Of a stretch of 64,000 nt of DNA, positions 8,681-17,745 are shown piece after piece; position 1 is the stretch's first letter, and every line of letters begins with the position of its first letter. Below the pieces are notes generated by a model. It did not search any database and had not been told where the DNA came from. It worked only from the letters and a program-made list of their open reading frames with translations. This stretch comes from an uncultured Acidobacteriota bacterium (GTDB lineage: Bacteria; Acidobacteriota; UBA6911; RPQK01; JAPXNP01): NCBI GenBank assembly GCA_963823995.1, contig CAWGNQ010000006.1:503685-567684 (forward strand), written 5' to 3'. The translations under genes were made by a program, and so were the position numbers.

Positions 8681-10453
8681 TTGCTGCGGTCCGTCTTGCA
8701 GGATCGCGAAGATCCGTCTATCGTCCTTCCCGAATTGAATGGTCATCCAGCTTCGAATCCGACGGACTCCGAACTGCATCAAGAGCCGTTCAGACGGTAC
8801 TCTCCCCACCTGGTCCCGGTTTTGCTCCTGGCATTTTTGACTCCGATCTTCCTGCATTCCTTCGTGTGTCTCTGGAATCTCGGTGCGACGCCGATCGAGG
8901 GGAGTGACCCCGGTCTCGTAATGTGGACGATCAGTTGGGTCAATCACGCGCTTCTGAATCAGGCGACCGACCTCTTTGCGGCGAACGCTTTCTATCCCTA
9001 TCCGGGAAGCCTCGCCTACTCCGAACACGGTTTCGGGGTAGCGATTCTGGTGAGCCCGTGGTACTGGTTTTCGGATAATCCCGTCGTTCCCTATAATCTG
9101 CTCCTGCTCTTCAGTTACTTCGGCTCCGCGGTCGGGATGTACTGCCTGGCTTTCTACTACACAGGTTCCAGGTGGGCCGCTTTTGTGAGCGGAACGATTT
9201 TCGGGTTCGCCTTCTTTCGGAGCCATCACTTCGGCCATCTGACCCTGATCTGTACAGCCTGGTTTCCACTCTCGATCTGGGCGCTCCACCGATTGCGCGA
9301 TCGGTTTTCCTGGAGACTCGGCGTCGTCTGGGTGGCGGTGACCGCCATGCAGTGCCTGAGCAACTGGTACATCGCCGTCATGCTGGCGTTGACGCTCGGA
9401 TGCTTGACGCTCTTCCTCTGCCTTCGCTCGCCTCGACCGTGGACTTTCCTGCTTCGTATGGCTCCCCTGGCTGGCGCGATTGCGTTGATCATCCTCCCAT
9501 TCGCCCGGCCCTACATGATGCATTCCGTCGACCACAGCATGGAGGAGGGCACGGTTTTTTCCGCCGATGCGATCGATTACGTGACTCCACCCTGGAATAC
9601 CATTGCGGGTCAGTTGCTGGGCAACCAGGGTCACTGGATCTGGGGAGAGAGGACGATCTATCTCGGTCTGGCGGCCTTGCTCCTTGCCGCTGCCGGTCTG
9701 CTTTCGAATCGGCACCGGAACATCGCCTGGTTCTACCTCGGACTGGGAGCCCTCGGCTTCGTGTTCTCCCTGGGACCACGTATGCCCGGTGGGACGCTTC
9801 TGCCGCTGGCGCTGGTCTACAAGGCAGTTCCGTTTCTTGGCCAGTTCCGTGCGACGGCCCGATTCGCCTTCCTCGTCGCCTTCGCGGTCTCGGTCCTCGC
9901 CGGCTTCGCGGCCGCGAAGCTGCGATCGCGACCTGGCCTGCTCGCGACACTGATCATGATCATTCTGGTCGAGTACTTTCCTGTCGGACTCGGCTTCAGA
10001 CCCTGTTCAGCTAAGGCATTTGCGCCAAGGCCCGTCGATTCCTGGCTGAGGGAGCGGAACCCGGAGCCGGTCGGCCCGCCGGGTGATCGCCGACCCCGCC
10101 AGCGCGAACGAAAGGTCGTCCTCGAACTGCCCGACTACAGCGGGACCGATCAATGGCCGAAGGAGAGCCTCTACATGCTCTACTCCACCCAGCACTGGAT
10201 GAATCTGGTCAACGGCTATACACGCTTCTATCCTGCGGACTATGCTGCGGATTTCAGAGCCTACGACGGTTTCCCCGACCCCGGTTCGATCCGGTTCATG
10301 CGACGGCGAGGGATCGACTACCTGGTGGTTCATCTTCAGGCGTATGACGAGCAGAGAAGGGAGCAGTTCCTTTCGGCGCCAGGCCTCGTCCGGCGATTCG
10401 GCGATGACTGCGTCTTCGAAATTTCCGCCCTGCAGCCGTCCGGGGGTGAGTAG
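8681..10453 (+). CDS. Polytopic integral membrane protein, putative GT-C-type glycosyltransferase (YfhO/PMT-like)
   Basis: 590 aa with more than 10 predicted hydrophobic helices (LVPVLLLAFLTPIFL, LLLLFSYFGSAVGMYCLAFYY, etc.) and a soluble C-terminal domain. Starts 4 nt after the GH29 stop. Family assignment is an inference. Confidence 0.45.
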   Translation: MLRSVLQDREDPSIVLPELNGHPASNPTDSELHQEPFRRYSPHLVPVLLLAFLTPIFLHSFVCLWNLGATPIEGSDPGLVMWTISWVNHALLNQATDLFAANAFYPYPGSLAYSEHGFGVAILVSPWYWFSDNPVVPYNLLLLFSYFGSAVGMYCLAFYYTGSRWAAFVSGTIFGFAFFRSHHFGHLTLICTAWFPLSIWALHRLRDRFSWRLGVVWVAVTAMQCLSNWYIAVMLALTLGCLTLFLCLRSPRPWTFLLRMAPLAGAIALIILPFARPYMMHSVDHSMEEGTVFSADAIDYVTPPWNTIAGQLLGNQGHWIWGERTIYLGLAALLLAAAGLLSNRHRNIAWFYLGLGALGFVFSLGPRMPGGTLLPLALVYKAVPFLGQFRATARFAFLVAFAVSVLAGFAAAKLRSRPGLLATLIMIILVEYFPVGLGFRPCSAKAFAPRPVDSWLRERNPEPVGPPGDRRPRQRERKVVLELPDYSGTDQWPKESLYMLYSTQHWMNLVNGYTRFYPADYAADFRAYDGFPDPGSIRFMRRRGIDYLVVHLQAYDEQRREQFLSAPGLVRRFGDDCVFEISALQPSGGE

Positions 10454-10538
10454 AAGCTCGGTGCGGTCTTCATGAGCGCTCCAGGGCCTGACGAGTCTGT
10501 GGATTGCGGCTAGAATCGAGGGTCAGGAGGTAGGCGAA

Positions 10539-13281
10539 GTGTCAGATGGAGACCAGAAAGTGCGGAGAGCGGGATCTAGAAGTACGGCCGTCAGACGTCG
10601 GGTCGCCTGGAGGCCGTTGCTCTGGGTGATCGGAGCGCTGCTGCTCCTTGTTTTGGTCGCGGTGGCCTGCCACCGGTCTCCGAATCTCATCCGTTCAACC
10701 GACCCGGTTGCGTTCTCCCGCAGAGACCATGTCGTGTTGCCGGTGAGCCAGATTCTGAGCCCCGCGGGCGCTCAGGTCGAGCTTCCGGGCCTGCGCCCCC
10801 AGGCTCTGGCCCTGAGCCCGGACGGGCGGGTCCTCCTCACGGCGGGCAAAACGCCTGAGATCATCGTGATCGATCCGGACACCGCCGCCGTCAGACAGAG
10901 GGTTCCTCTGCCCGCCGCTGGACAGGATGTGCCGGCGGATGCGGTCTCCACGCATTTCCTGCAGCCCGACGAAGAGGGTCAGCTGAGCTACACGGGGCTG
11001 GTCTTCTCGCCTGACGGCGGGAGGGCCTACATGTCCGACGTCAACGGCAGCGTCAAGGTGTTTCGGGTTTCGGAGCCGGGAAGCCTGGAACCGCTTCGGT
11101 CGCTGCCGCTTCCTGCCACCGGGCTGGAGCGGCGAGGCGAGCCCATTCCTTCGGGTCTTCGGGTCTCGGAGGATGGGAAGCGCCTCTTCGTCGTGCTGAA
11201 CCTGACCAACCGGCTGGTCGAGCTCGATGCCGCGAGCGGGCGGATCCTGCGCAGGTTTGAGGTCGGAGTCGCCCCGTTCGACGTGATCCTGGCCGATGGA
11301 AAGGCGTATGTGAGCAACTGGGGAGGCCGCCGACCTGAGGCCGACTCCGTCGTCGGTCCGGCCGGGCGGGGCTCCGAGGTGCGCGTCGACCCGAAACGCT
11401 ACGTGGCCTCGGACGGATCGGTCACGGCCATCGATCTCGAGGCCGGTCGCGTGGTTCGGGAGATACCGGTCGGACTGCATTCCTCGGGCCTGGCTCTGAC
11501 GCCGGACCGGCGCTTCCTCGCCGTTGCGAACGCAGCCAGTGACTCCGTTTCGGTGATAGACACAAGAAGAGACGAGGTCGTCGAGACCATCTCCCTGCGT
11601 TGGCAGCCGAGGGACTACTTCGGAGCGAGCCCCAACGCGCTCACCTTCGACTCGACGGGACGGAAGCTCTTCGTCTGCAACGGAACCCAAAACGCCGTTG
11701 CCGTCGTCTCCTTCGATCCGGGACACTCGACCCTGGAGGGAATGATCCCGGTTGGATGGTTTCCGGGGGCGATCCTGTATGACGGCGCTCGAAACGCACT
11801 CGTCGTGGCCAATATCAAGGGGCTCGGTTCCGGACGCCGGACATTCGGACCGGAGGAAGAGGGGTTCAATTCCCGCCAGTACTTCGGTTCGATTTCGGTG
11901 GTCCCGGTCCCGGACGATCGCCAGCTGGTCCGCTACACGAAGACCGTGCGGCGAACTTCCGACGGGAGATCGATCGAAGCCGCACAGTTGCCGGCTCGCC
12001 CGGGACGGGCCGCCCGTCCCGTCCCCGAGCGGGTGGGCGAGCCTTCGGTCTTCAAGCACGTCGTCTACATCATCAAAGAGAATCGTACCTATGATCAGGT
12101 GCTCGGGGATCTCGCCCGGGGCAATGGAGATCCGCGGCTCTGCGTCTTCGGGGAACGGGTGACGCCCAACCTGCACAAAATCGTCAAGGAGTTCGTCCTG
12201 TCTGGACAACACCTACTGTTCGGGGATCCTGAGTGCCGACGGGCATCAGTGGTCGACGACCGCAATGGCAACCGACTATATGGAGAAGTCGTTTGCCGGA
12301 TTCCCTCGAAGCTATCCGGACGGGATGAGCGACGACGACGTCGATGCGCTGGCCTATGCGCCGACCGGATTCATCTGGGACAACGTTCTGGAGCAGGGGA
12401 AGACGCTTCGCGACTACGGTGAATTCTCGATCGCGGAGATCGGATGGACCGATCCGTGGCGGATGCCGCCGCCGACTTTCATCGACTTCTACCGGGACTT
12501 CATCAACAAGACGGGGTTGACCCGGGTGGGGAGTCGACCCGCCATCGAATCTCTGCGTCCCTATCTCGACAGGGAGGTGGGTTGGAGCCTGGATGTTCCG
12601 GAGTTCTCCGGGCCGACCGGTTCATCAAAGAGCTCGGCGAGTTCGAGAAGAGCGGCCGGTTTCCGGATCTCGTCATCATCTGTCTGCCCAACGATCACAC
12701 TTCGGGAACCAAGGAAGGGATGCCGACTCCCGAGGCTCATGTGGCCGACAACGATCTGGCCTTCGGCCGGATCGTCGAGGCGATCAGTCACAGCCGCTTC
12801 TGGAAGGAGACCTGTATCTTTGCGATCGAGGACGATCCGCAGGACGGCTGGGATCATGTCAGTTCCTTCCGGACGACCGCTTACGTGATCAGTCCCTACA
12901 CCCGACGCGGCGCGGTCGTCGGCACGCAATACAACCAGCCCGGCATCCTGCGCACGATCGAACTGATCCTGGGCCTTCCTCCGATGAACCAGATGGATGC
13001 GGCCGCTACGCCGTTGTTCGACTGCTTTCAGGACAAGCCCGACTTCACTCCGTACGATGCCGTCCCGAACAACATCCCGCTCGACCGGCTGAATCCTCCC
13101 GCCAGAGCTGGAAGGACAGTCGTATGCGAGGTATGCGGAGTTGTCGGCGACGCTGCCGTTGGACGAAGTGGACCGGTGCCCGGAAGATCTTCTCAACAGG
13201 ATCCTGTGGCATGCACGGAAAGGGCCGGACGCTCCCTATCCGGAATGGGCAACGACGCCGAACTCCGACGAGGACAAATGA
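10539..13281 (+). pseudogene. YVTN beta-propeller plus phosphoesterase (PF04185-type acid phosphatase / phospholipase C family) protein broken by three single-nt indels; may be an assembly error
   Basis: The N-terminal half is intact (YVTN-type propeller repeats: SPDGRVLLTAG, SEDGKRLFVVLN, TPDRRFLAVANAASDSVSVID), followed by VVYIIKENRTYDQVLGDL (phosphoesterase). The protein continues across ORFs 10539..12422 (frame 3), 12265..12888 (frame 1), 12444..13304 (frame 3), and an unlisted frame-1 tail ELEGQSYARYAELSATLPLDEVDRCPEDLLNRILWHARKGPDAPYPEWATTPNSDEDK ending with TGA at 13279-13281. Junctions lie near 12201 (extra T in ctgtctg), 12613 (missing C in gggccgac) and 13104. Confidence 0.7.
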
Positions 13282-13490
13282 GGGATTCCGAATTTCCATT
13301 TTGACTGGGCACGCAGTTCGCGCCGGAAGGAGAGTCAGGAGTCGACGGCCGTGCAGCGGGTCCCTCACTTCGTTCCGGCTCTGATGCGGCCAATGGAAAA
13401 TCTCGACGCTCTGCCGTCCTTGCGTTGCCGCGCGCTGCCCGCTATTCTCAGATCGATCGTTCGCCCATTCTTCGAAGAAGGGGGCCTTTC

Positions 13491-15092
13491 GTGAGAGTAC
13501 TTTCCGTATCGTTCTTGTCGCTTCGATCCTGATCCTTGCCGGCTGTTCCACTCAGCAACAGGCCGTCGGGACCCCTCCCAACATTCTGTTCATCATGTCG
13601 GACGATCATGGCGAGCAGGCGATTTCGGCGTATGGGAGTCAATTGATCCAGACACCGAATATCGACCGAATCGCCAACGAGGGCGTCCGCTTTACGAGCA
13701 GCTTCGTCACGAACTCGTTCTGCGCCCCCAGCCGCGCCGTCCTTCTGACGGGCAAGTACAGCCACATCAACCGGCTTCGAGACAATCGAGATCAGTTCGA
13801 CGGTAGTCAGATGACTTTCCCGAAGCTGCTCCAGAAGGCCGGATATCAGACGGCGATCGTAGGGAAATGGCATCTCAAGACGGATCCGACGGGCTTCGAT
13901 CTCTGGAAGATTCTGATCGATCAGGGCGAGTACTACAATCCCGACTTCATCGAGATGGGTGAGAAGGTCCATGAGACCGGATACGTCACGGATTTGATCA
14001 CGGACTTCGCTGTCGACTTCCTCGATCATCGAGATCCGAACAAGCCCTTCTGTCTCCTTCTTCACAACAAGGCGCCCCATCGAAACTGGATGCCGAACGC
14101 AAAATACATGGATCTGTATGACGAGCGAGACGATCCCCGAGCCGGAGACGTTCTGGGACGACTATAAGGGCCGGATCGCCGCCCAACAGCAGGACATGCG
14201 CATCGCAGGGATGTACCTGAGCATGGACATGAAGCTCTTCGAGGACGCCTACGGCAAGGAAACCGGAACGGGCGGTCAGGCCGGCTTTCCTGCGGGAATG
14301 GTCTGGAAGATGGAATACAACCGGATGAACGACGAACAGAAAGCCGCCTGGAACGCGCACTACGATAAGGTCAATGAGGAGTACAAGAAGAATCCGCCGA
14401 CGGGAAAGGCCCTGACCGAGTGGAAGTACCAGCGTTTCATGAAGGACTACCTCCGCTGCATCGCCTCGGTGGATGATAATGTGGGTCGAGTTCTCGACTA
14501 CCTCGACGAACACGATCTCGCGAAGAACACGATCGTCGTCTACACCTCGGATCAGGGCTTCTACCTGGGCGAGCATGGCTGGTTCGACAAGCGCTTCATG
14601 TACGAGGAGTCGTTCGAGATGCCGCTCATGATCCGCTATCCGGCCGAGATCGAGGCCGGCCAGGTGTCGGACGATCTGGTCATGAACCTCGATTTCGCAC
14701 CCACCTTCCTCGACTATGCCGGCGTCCCGGTTCCCGAGCAGATGCAGGGAGTTTCCCTGCGGCCGTTGATGGAGGGATCCAGGCCGGACAACTGGCGCGA
14801 GGCCGTCTACTACCACTACTACGAATACCCGCATGGGTGGCACAACGTGAAGCGGCACTACGGAGTCCGGACCGACCGCTACAAGCTGATCCACTTCTAC
14901 AATGATATCGACGTGTGGGAGCTCTATGACCTGCAGAAAGACCCGCACGAGTTGCACAACGTCTACGGACAGCCCGAGTACGCGGACGTCCAGGCCGACC
15001 TCCACGCTAAGCTGAAGGAACTGCAGCAGCAGTACAGGGACACGAACCCGGAATCGGACGAGCTCCCGCCGGTCGAAGTTCCGGGGAAATAG
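13491..15092 (+). pseudogene. Sulfatase (arylsulfatase / N-acetylglucosamine-6-sulfatase-like lipoprotein) with two frame-disrupting indels; may be an assembly error
   Basis: ORFs 13595..14167 (frame 2: FIMSDDHGEQAISAYG...CAPSRAVLLTGKY) and 14118..15092 (frame 3: ...YTSDQGFYLGEHGWFDKR...) are two parts of one sulfatase. The junction lies near 14128-14140 in a gagcgagacga run. Upstream, frame 2 encodes a lipobox signal, ...IVLVASILILAGCSTQQQ, with no start codon. GTG 13491 (Shine-Dalgarno AAGGGGG 6 nt upstream) gives MRVLSVSFL in frame 3 and would join it by a 1-nt shift near 13517-13522. Confidence 0.7.
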
Positions 15093-15123
15093 CGCTGGGG
15101 GCGAGGGCCTGTGTCTGATGTCC

Positions 15124-15146
15124 AAGTTCCGGGTTCCGAGTTCGGT
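15124..15146 (+). repeat. TTCCGAG-type heptamer repeat (agttccg-ggttccg-agttcgg), 30 nt after the sulfatase stop
   Basis: Direct reading; same motif family as 7074-7102 and 40485-40506. Confidence 0.45.
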
Positions 15147-15198
15147 CGACACTGCGGCCTCGACAGACGGTTGGCGAGATTGTGGAAGGTCGAGGGTT

Positions 15199-15227
15199 TT
15201 GACATATTTATGATTCCTCTATATGCT
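15199..15227 (+). promoter_or_regulatory. Sigma70-type promoter: TTGACA, 17-nt spacer, TATGCT; predicts a leaderless vapB transcript starting near ATG 15235
   Basis: TTGACA at 15199-15204, a 17-nt AT-rich spacer, then TATGCT at 15222-15227. It sits in a short low-GC island just upstream of vapBC. Confidence 0.55.
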
Positions 15228-15234
15228 TTTATGC

Positions 15235-15480
15235 ATGAGGACCACCATTGACATCGATGACGATCTCCTTCGTGAGGTGAAGCGCTACGCGGTGGAGAAC
15301 GACCGGACGATGCGCGCGGTCATCGAGGAGGCGCTCCGTTCCGATCTGGTCAGGAGGAAACGGCGCCGGGATGCGCTCGAGGTCGACGAAGTGATCACGT
15401 TCAAAGGACGTGGTACGAAACCAGGCGTCGATCTGGACAGTACAGCGGACTTGCTCGATCTGATGGAGTCGGGTCGGTGA
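15235..15480 (+). CDS. vapB: Type II antitoxin, ribbon-helix-helix VapB family
   Basis: MRTTIDIDDDLLREVKRYAVENDRTMRAVIEEALRS is a classic VapB/RHH N-terminus. Its stop overlaps the vapC GTG start (GTGA overlap). Confidence 0.8.
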   Translation: MRTTIDIDDDLLREVKRYAVENDRTMRAVIEEALRSDLVRRKRRRDALEVDEVITFKGRGTKPGVDLDSTADLLDLMESGR

Positions 15481-15905
15481 CTCTCGTCGACGTGAATGTG
15501 CTCATCTACGCCCACCGCGAAGAGAGCCCTCGGCATCAGGAGTACCGGGATTGGCTCCGGTCATTGTGGGCCGGACCCACCGATTTCGGGGTTTCGGAGC
15601 TGGTGCTCAGCTCGTGCCTGCGGGTTTTGACTCATCCCAAAGTCTTCGATCCCCCAACCCCCCTCGATCGCGCTCTGTCCTACGTGAATCAGGTGCGATC
15701 ACAGCCGAACTGCATTGTCATTACTCCCGGCAACCGGCACTGGGACATCTTCTGTGAACTGTGCGCCAATGCCGAGGTCAAGGGCAATCTCGTCGCCGAC
15801 GCCTACCTGGCCGCGCTGGCCATCGAATCGGGCTGTGAATGGCTGACGACCGATCGGGACTTCGCCCGATTTTCCGGTCTGCGTTGGAGACACCCGCTGG
15901 CTTGA
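15477..15905 (+). CDS. vapC: Type II toxin, PIN-domain ribonuclease VapC
   Basis: 142 aa; MTLVDVNVLIYA...LVADAYLAALAIESGCEWLTTDRDFARF. The PIN-domain acidic residues are present (D5, E?, D99, D118-like). Confidence 0.8.
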   Translation: MTLVDVNVLIYAHREESPRHQEYRDWLRSLWAGPTDFGVSELVLSSCLRVLTHPKVFDPPTPLDRALSYVNQVRSQPNCIVITPGNRHWDIFCELCANAEVKGNLVADAYLAALAIESGCEWLTTDRDFARFSGLRWRHPLA

Positions 15906-16070
15906 TGCCGAGGCAACCCGCAGTCGGCTTGGCGGATGCTCGGGCACGCCGCCCCGGGGCGCCGCCACGACGGGCTCGGCGTCGCAGCCGGCTGATCTTC
16001 GGGACTGGACTTTGCGCCGAGCACCCAACAGAATGGTCGAAGAAGTCGATCCAGTCGCATCGGAGGTCAC

Positions 16071-17744
16071 ATGAAAGGTTTAGGCAAACATCGCAGTCGC
16101 ATTGTCACCGAAGGTCGAAATCGAGCCGGAGCCCGGGCCTTTTTCAAGGCCGTGGGCTTCTCCCACGAGGATCTGTCCAAGCCGATCATCGGCATTGCCA
16201 ATACCTGGATCGAGACCATGCCCTGCAACATCCACCTGCGCGACCTGGCCGCGAAGGTCAAGGAAGGGGTCCGTGCGGCAGGTGGTACGCCCATGGAATT
16301 CAACACGATCGCCATCAGCGACGCGATCACCATGGGGATCGAGGGCATGAAGGCGTCGCTCGTCAGTCGGGAGGTCATTGCCGATTCGATCGAACTGGCC
16401 GGTCGCGGTTATCTGTTCGACGCCATCGTGGCACTGGTCGGTTGCGACAAGACGATACCCGGCGCCGGTATGGCTGCGATCCGCCTGGACGTACCCAGCC
16501 TCGTGCTCTACGGAGGGACGATCTTACCGGGCCACTACCATGGGCGCGACGTCAACATCCAGGACGTCTTCGAGGCGGTCGGGGCCACCGCCGCCGGGAG
16601 GATGTCCGAGGACGAGCTGTACGAACTCGAGGAAGTCGCCTGCCCTGGGCCGGGAGCCTGCGGTGGGCAGTTCACGGCCAACACGATGGCCACTGCCATG
16701 GAGTTTCTCGGTCTTTCCGCGCTGGGAACGGCCAGCACTCCTGCGGCGGATCCGAAGAAGTCCGATGTGGCCGTCCGGTGCGGAGAGCTGATCATCGGAA
16801 TGCTCGAACAGGAGCTGACGCCGAGCCGGATCTTGACGCGGGGAGCTTTCGAGAACGCAATCGCTGGTGTCTCCGCCACCGGGGGCTCGACCAACTCCGT
16901 ACTGCACTTGTTGGCTCTGGCGCGGGAGGCAGGCATCCCGCTCGTCATCGAGGACTTCGACGCGATCAGTCGGAAGATTCCCCTATTGGCCGATCTCAAA
17001 CCATGGGGACGGTACCTGGCGGCCGATCTCTATCGGGCCGGAGGGATCGAGCTGGTCGCGCAACGGCTGGTCGAAGGCGGCTTCGTCGACGGGACTCAGT
17101 TGACTCCCACCGGGCGAACACTCGCGGAGGAGGCGGCGCATGCCTCGGAAACACCAGGTCAGGACGTCGTCCGTGATCTCGAGCATCCGATCAAACGTTC
17201 GGGAGGACTGGTCGTCCTGAAGGGGAATCTCGCGCTCGAAGGGTGCGTTCTGAAGGTCACGGACCGGCGAAAGACGCATCATGTGGGCCCGGCCAGGGTC
17301 TTCGACCGGGAAGAAGATGCCATGGCGGCCGTGACGTCGGATTCGATTCGCCCCGGCGACGTGGTGGTGATCCGCTACGAAGGACCCCGTGGAGGCCCCG
17401 GCATGAGGGAGATGCTCGGTGTGACGGGTGCCATTGTCGGAGCCGGGCTGGGCGAAGAAGTCGCTCTGATCACGGACGGACGCTTCAGCGGGGCGACGCG
17501 AGGACTGATGATCGGGCACGTCGCTCCGGAAGCGGCCCGGGGCGGGACGATCGCACTCCTGCAGGAGGGAGATAAGATCGAGATCGACATCGATTCGCGT
17601 ACGATCAGCGTGCAGGTTTCCGAAGCGGAACTGCAGGTGCGTGCGAAGGCCTGGAAGGCTCCGGGACCACATTACCGGGGCGGAGTCTTCGCGAAGTACG
17701 CGAGGTCGGTGTCCTCCGCCTCCGAGGGCGCGATCACCGTCTGA
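16071..17744 (+). CDS. ilvD: IlvD/EDD-family dehydratase (dihydroxy-acid dehydratase or sugar-acid dehydratase)
   Basis: 557 aa; shows CDKTIPG, ACPGPGACGGQFTANTM, GGSTNSVLHLLALA and RFSGATRG, the 2Fe-2S/4Fe-4S dehydratase signatures. GGAGG Shine-Dalgarno 6 nt upstream of the ATG. The genomic context (CAZymes for arabinose and fucose) leaves a pentonate-dehydratase role possible. Confidence 0.8.
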   Translation: MKGLGKHRSRIVTEGRNRAGARAFFKAVGFSHEDLSKPIIGIANTWIETMPCNIHLRDLAAKVKEGVRAAGGTPMEFNTIAISDAITMGIEGMKASLVSREVIADSIELAGRGYLFDAIVALVGCDKTIPGAGMAAIRLDVPSLVLYGGTILPGHYHGRDVNIQDVFEAVGATAAGRMSEDELYELEEVACPGPGACGGQFTANTMATAMEFLGLSALGTASTPAADPKKSDVAVRCGELIIGMLEQELTPSRILTRGAFENAIAGVSATGGSTNSVLHLLALAREAGIPLVIEDFDAISRKIPLLADLKPWGRYLAADLYRAGGIELVAQRLVEGGFVDGTQLTPTGRTLAEEAAHASETPGQDVVRDLEHPIKRSGGLVVLKGNLALEGCVLKVTDRRKTHHVGPARVFDREEDAMAAVTSDSIRPGDVVVIRYEGPRGGPGMREMLGVTGAIVGAGLGEEVALITDGRFSGATRGLMIGHVAPEAARGGTIALLQEGDKIEIDIDSRTISVQVSEAELQVRAKAWKAPGPHYRGGVFAKYARSVSSASEGAITV

Positions 17745-17745
17745 C

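Noticed and set aside
10695-12212. 505-aa minus ORF (and 12561..13196, 13448..14080 minus)
   Set aside because: They are antisense to the phosphoesterase and sulfatase genes. They are low-complexity artefacts.
6406-14140. Programmed ribosomal frameshifting as the explanation for the split GH51, phosphoesterase and sulfatase genes
   Set aside because: Junction contexts are heterogeneous (homopolymers, dinucleotide repeats) with no slippery heptamer plus downstream structure. Both +1 and -1 shifts occur. The affected genes are unrelated enzymes. Sequencing error or pseudogenisation is far more parsimonious.
15839-17176. 445-aa plus ORF and other alternative-frame ORFs over ilvD
   Set aside because: They overlap the IlvD-family gene in another frame. 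They have extreme Arg/Gly/Pro content and no recognisable motif.
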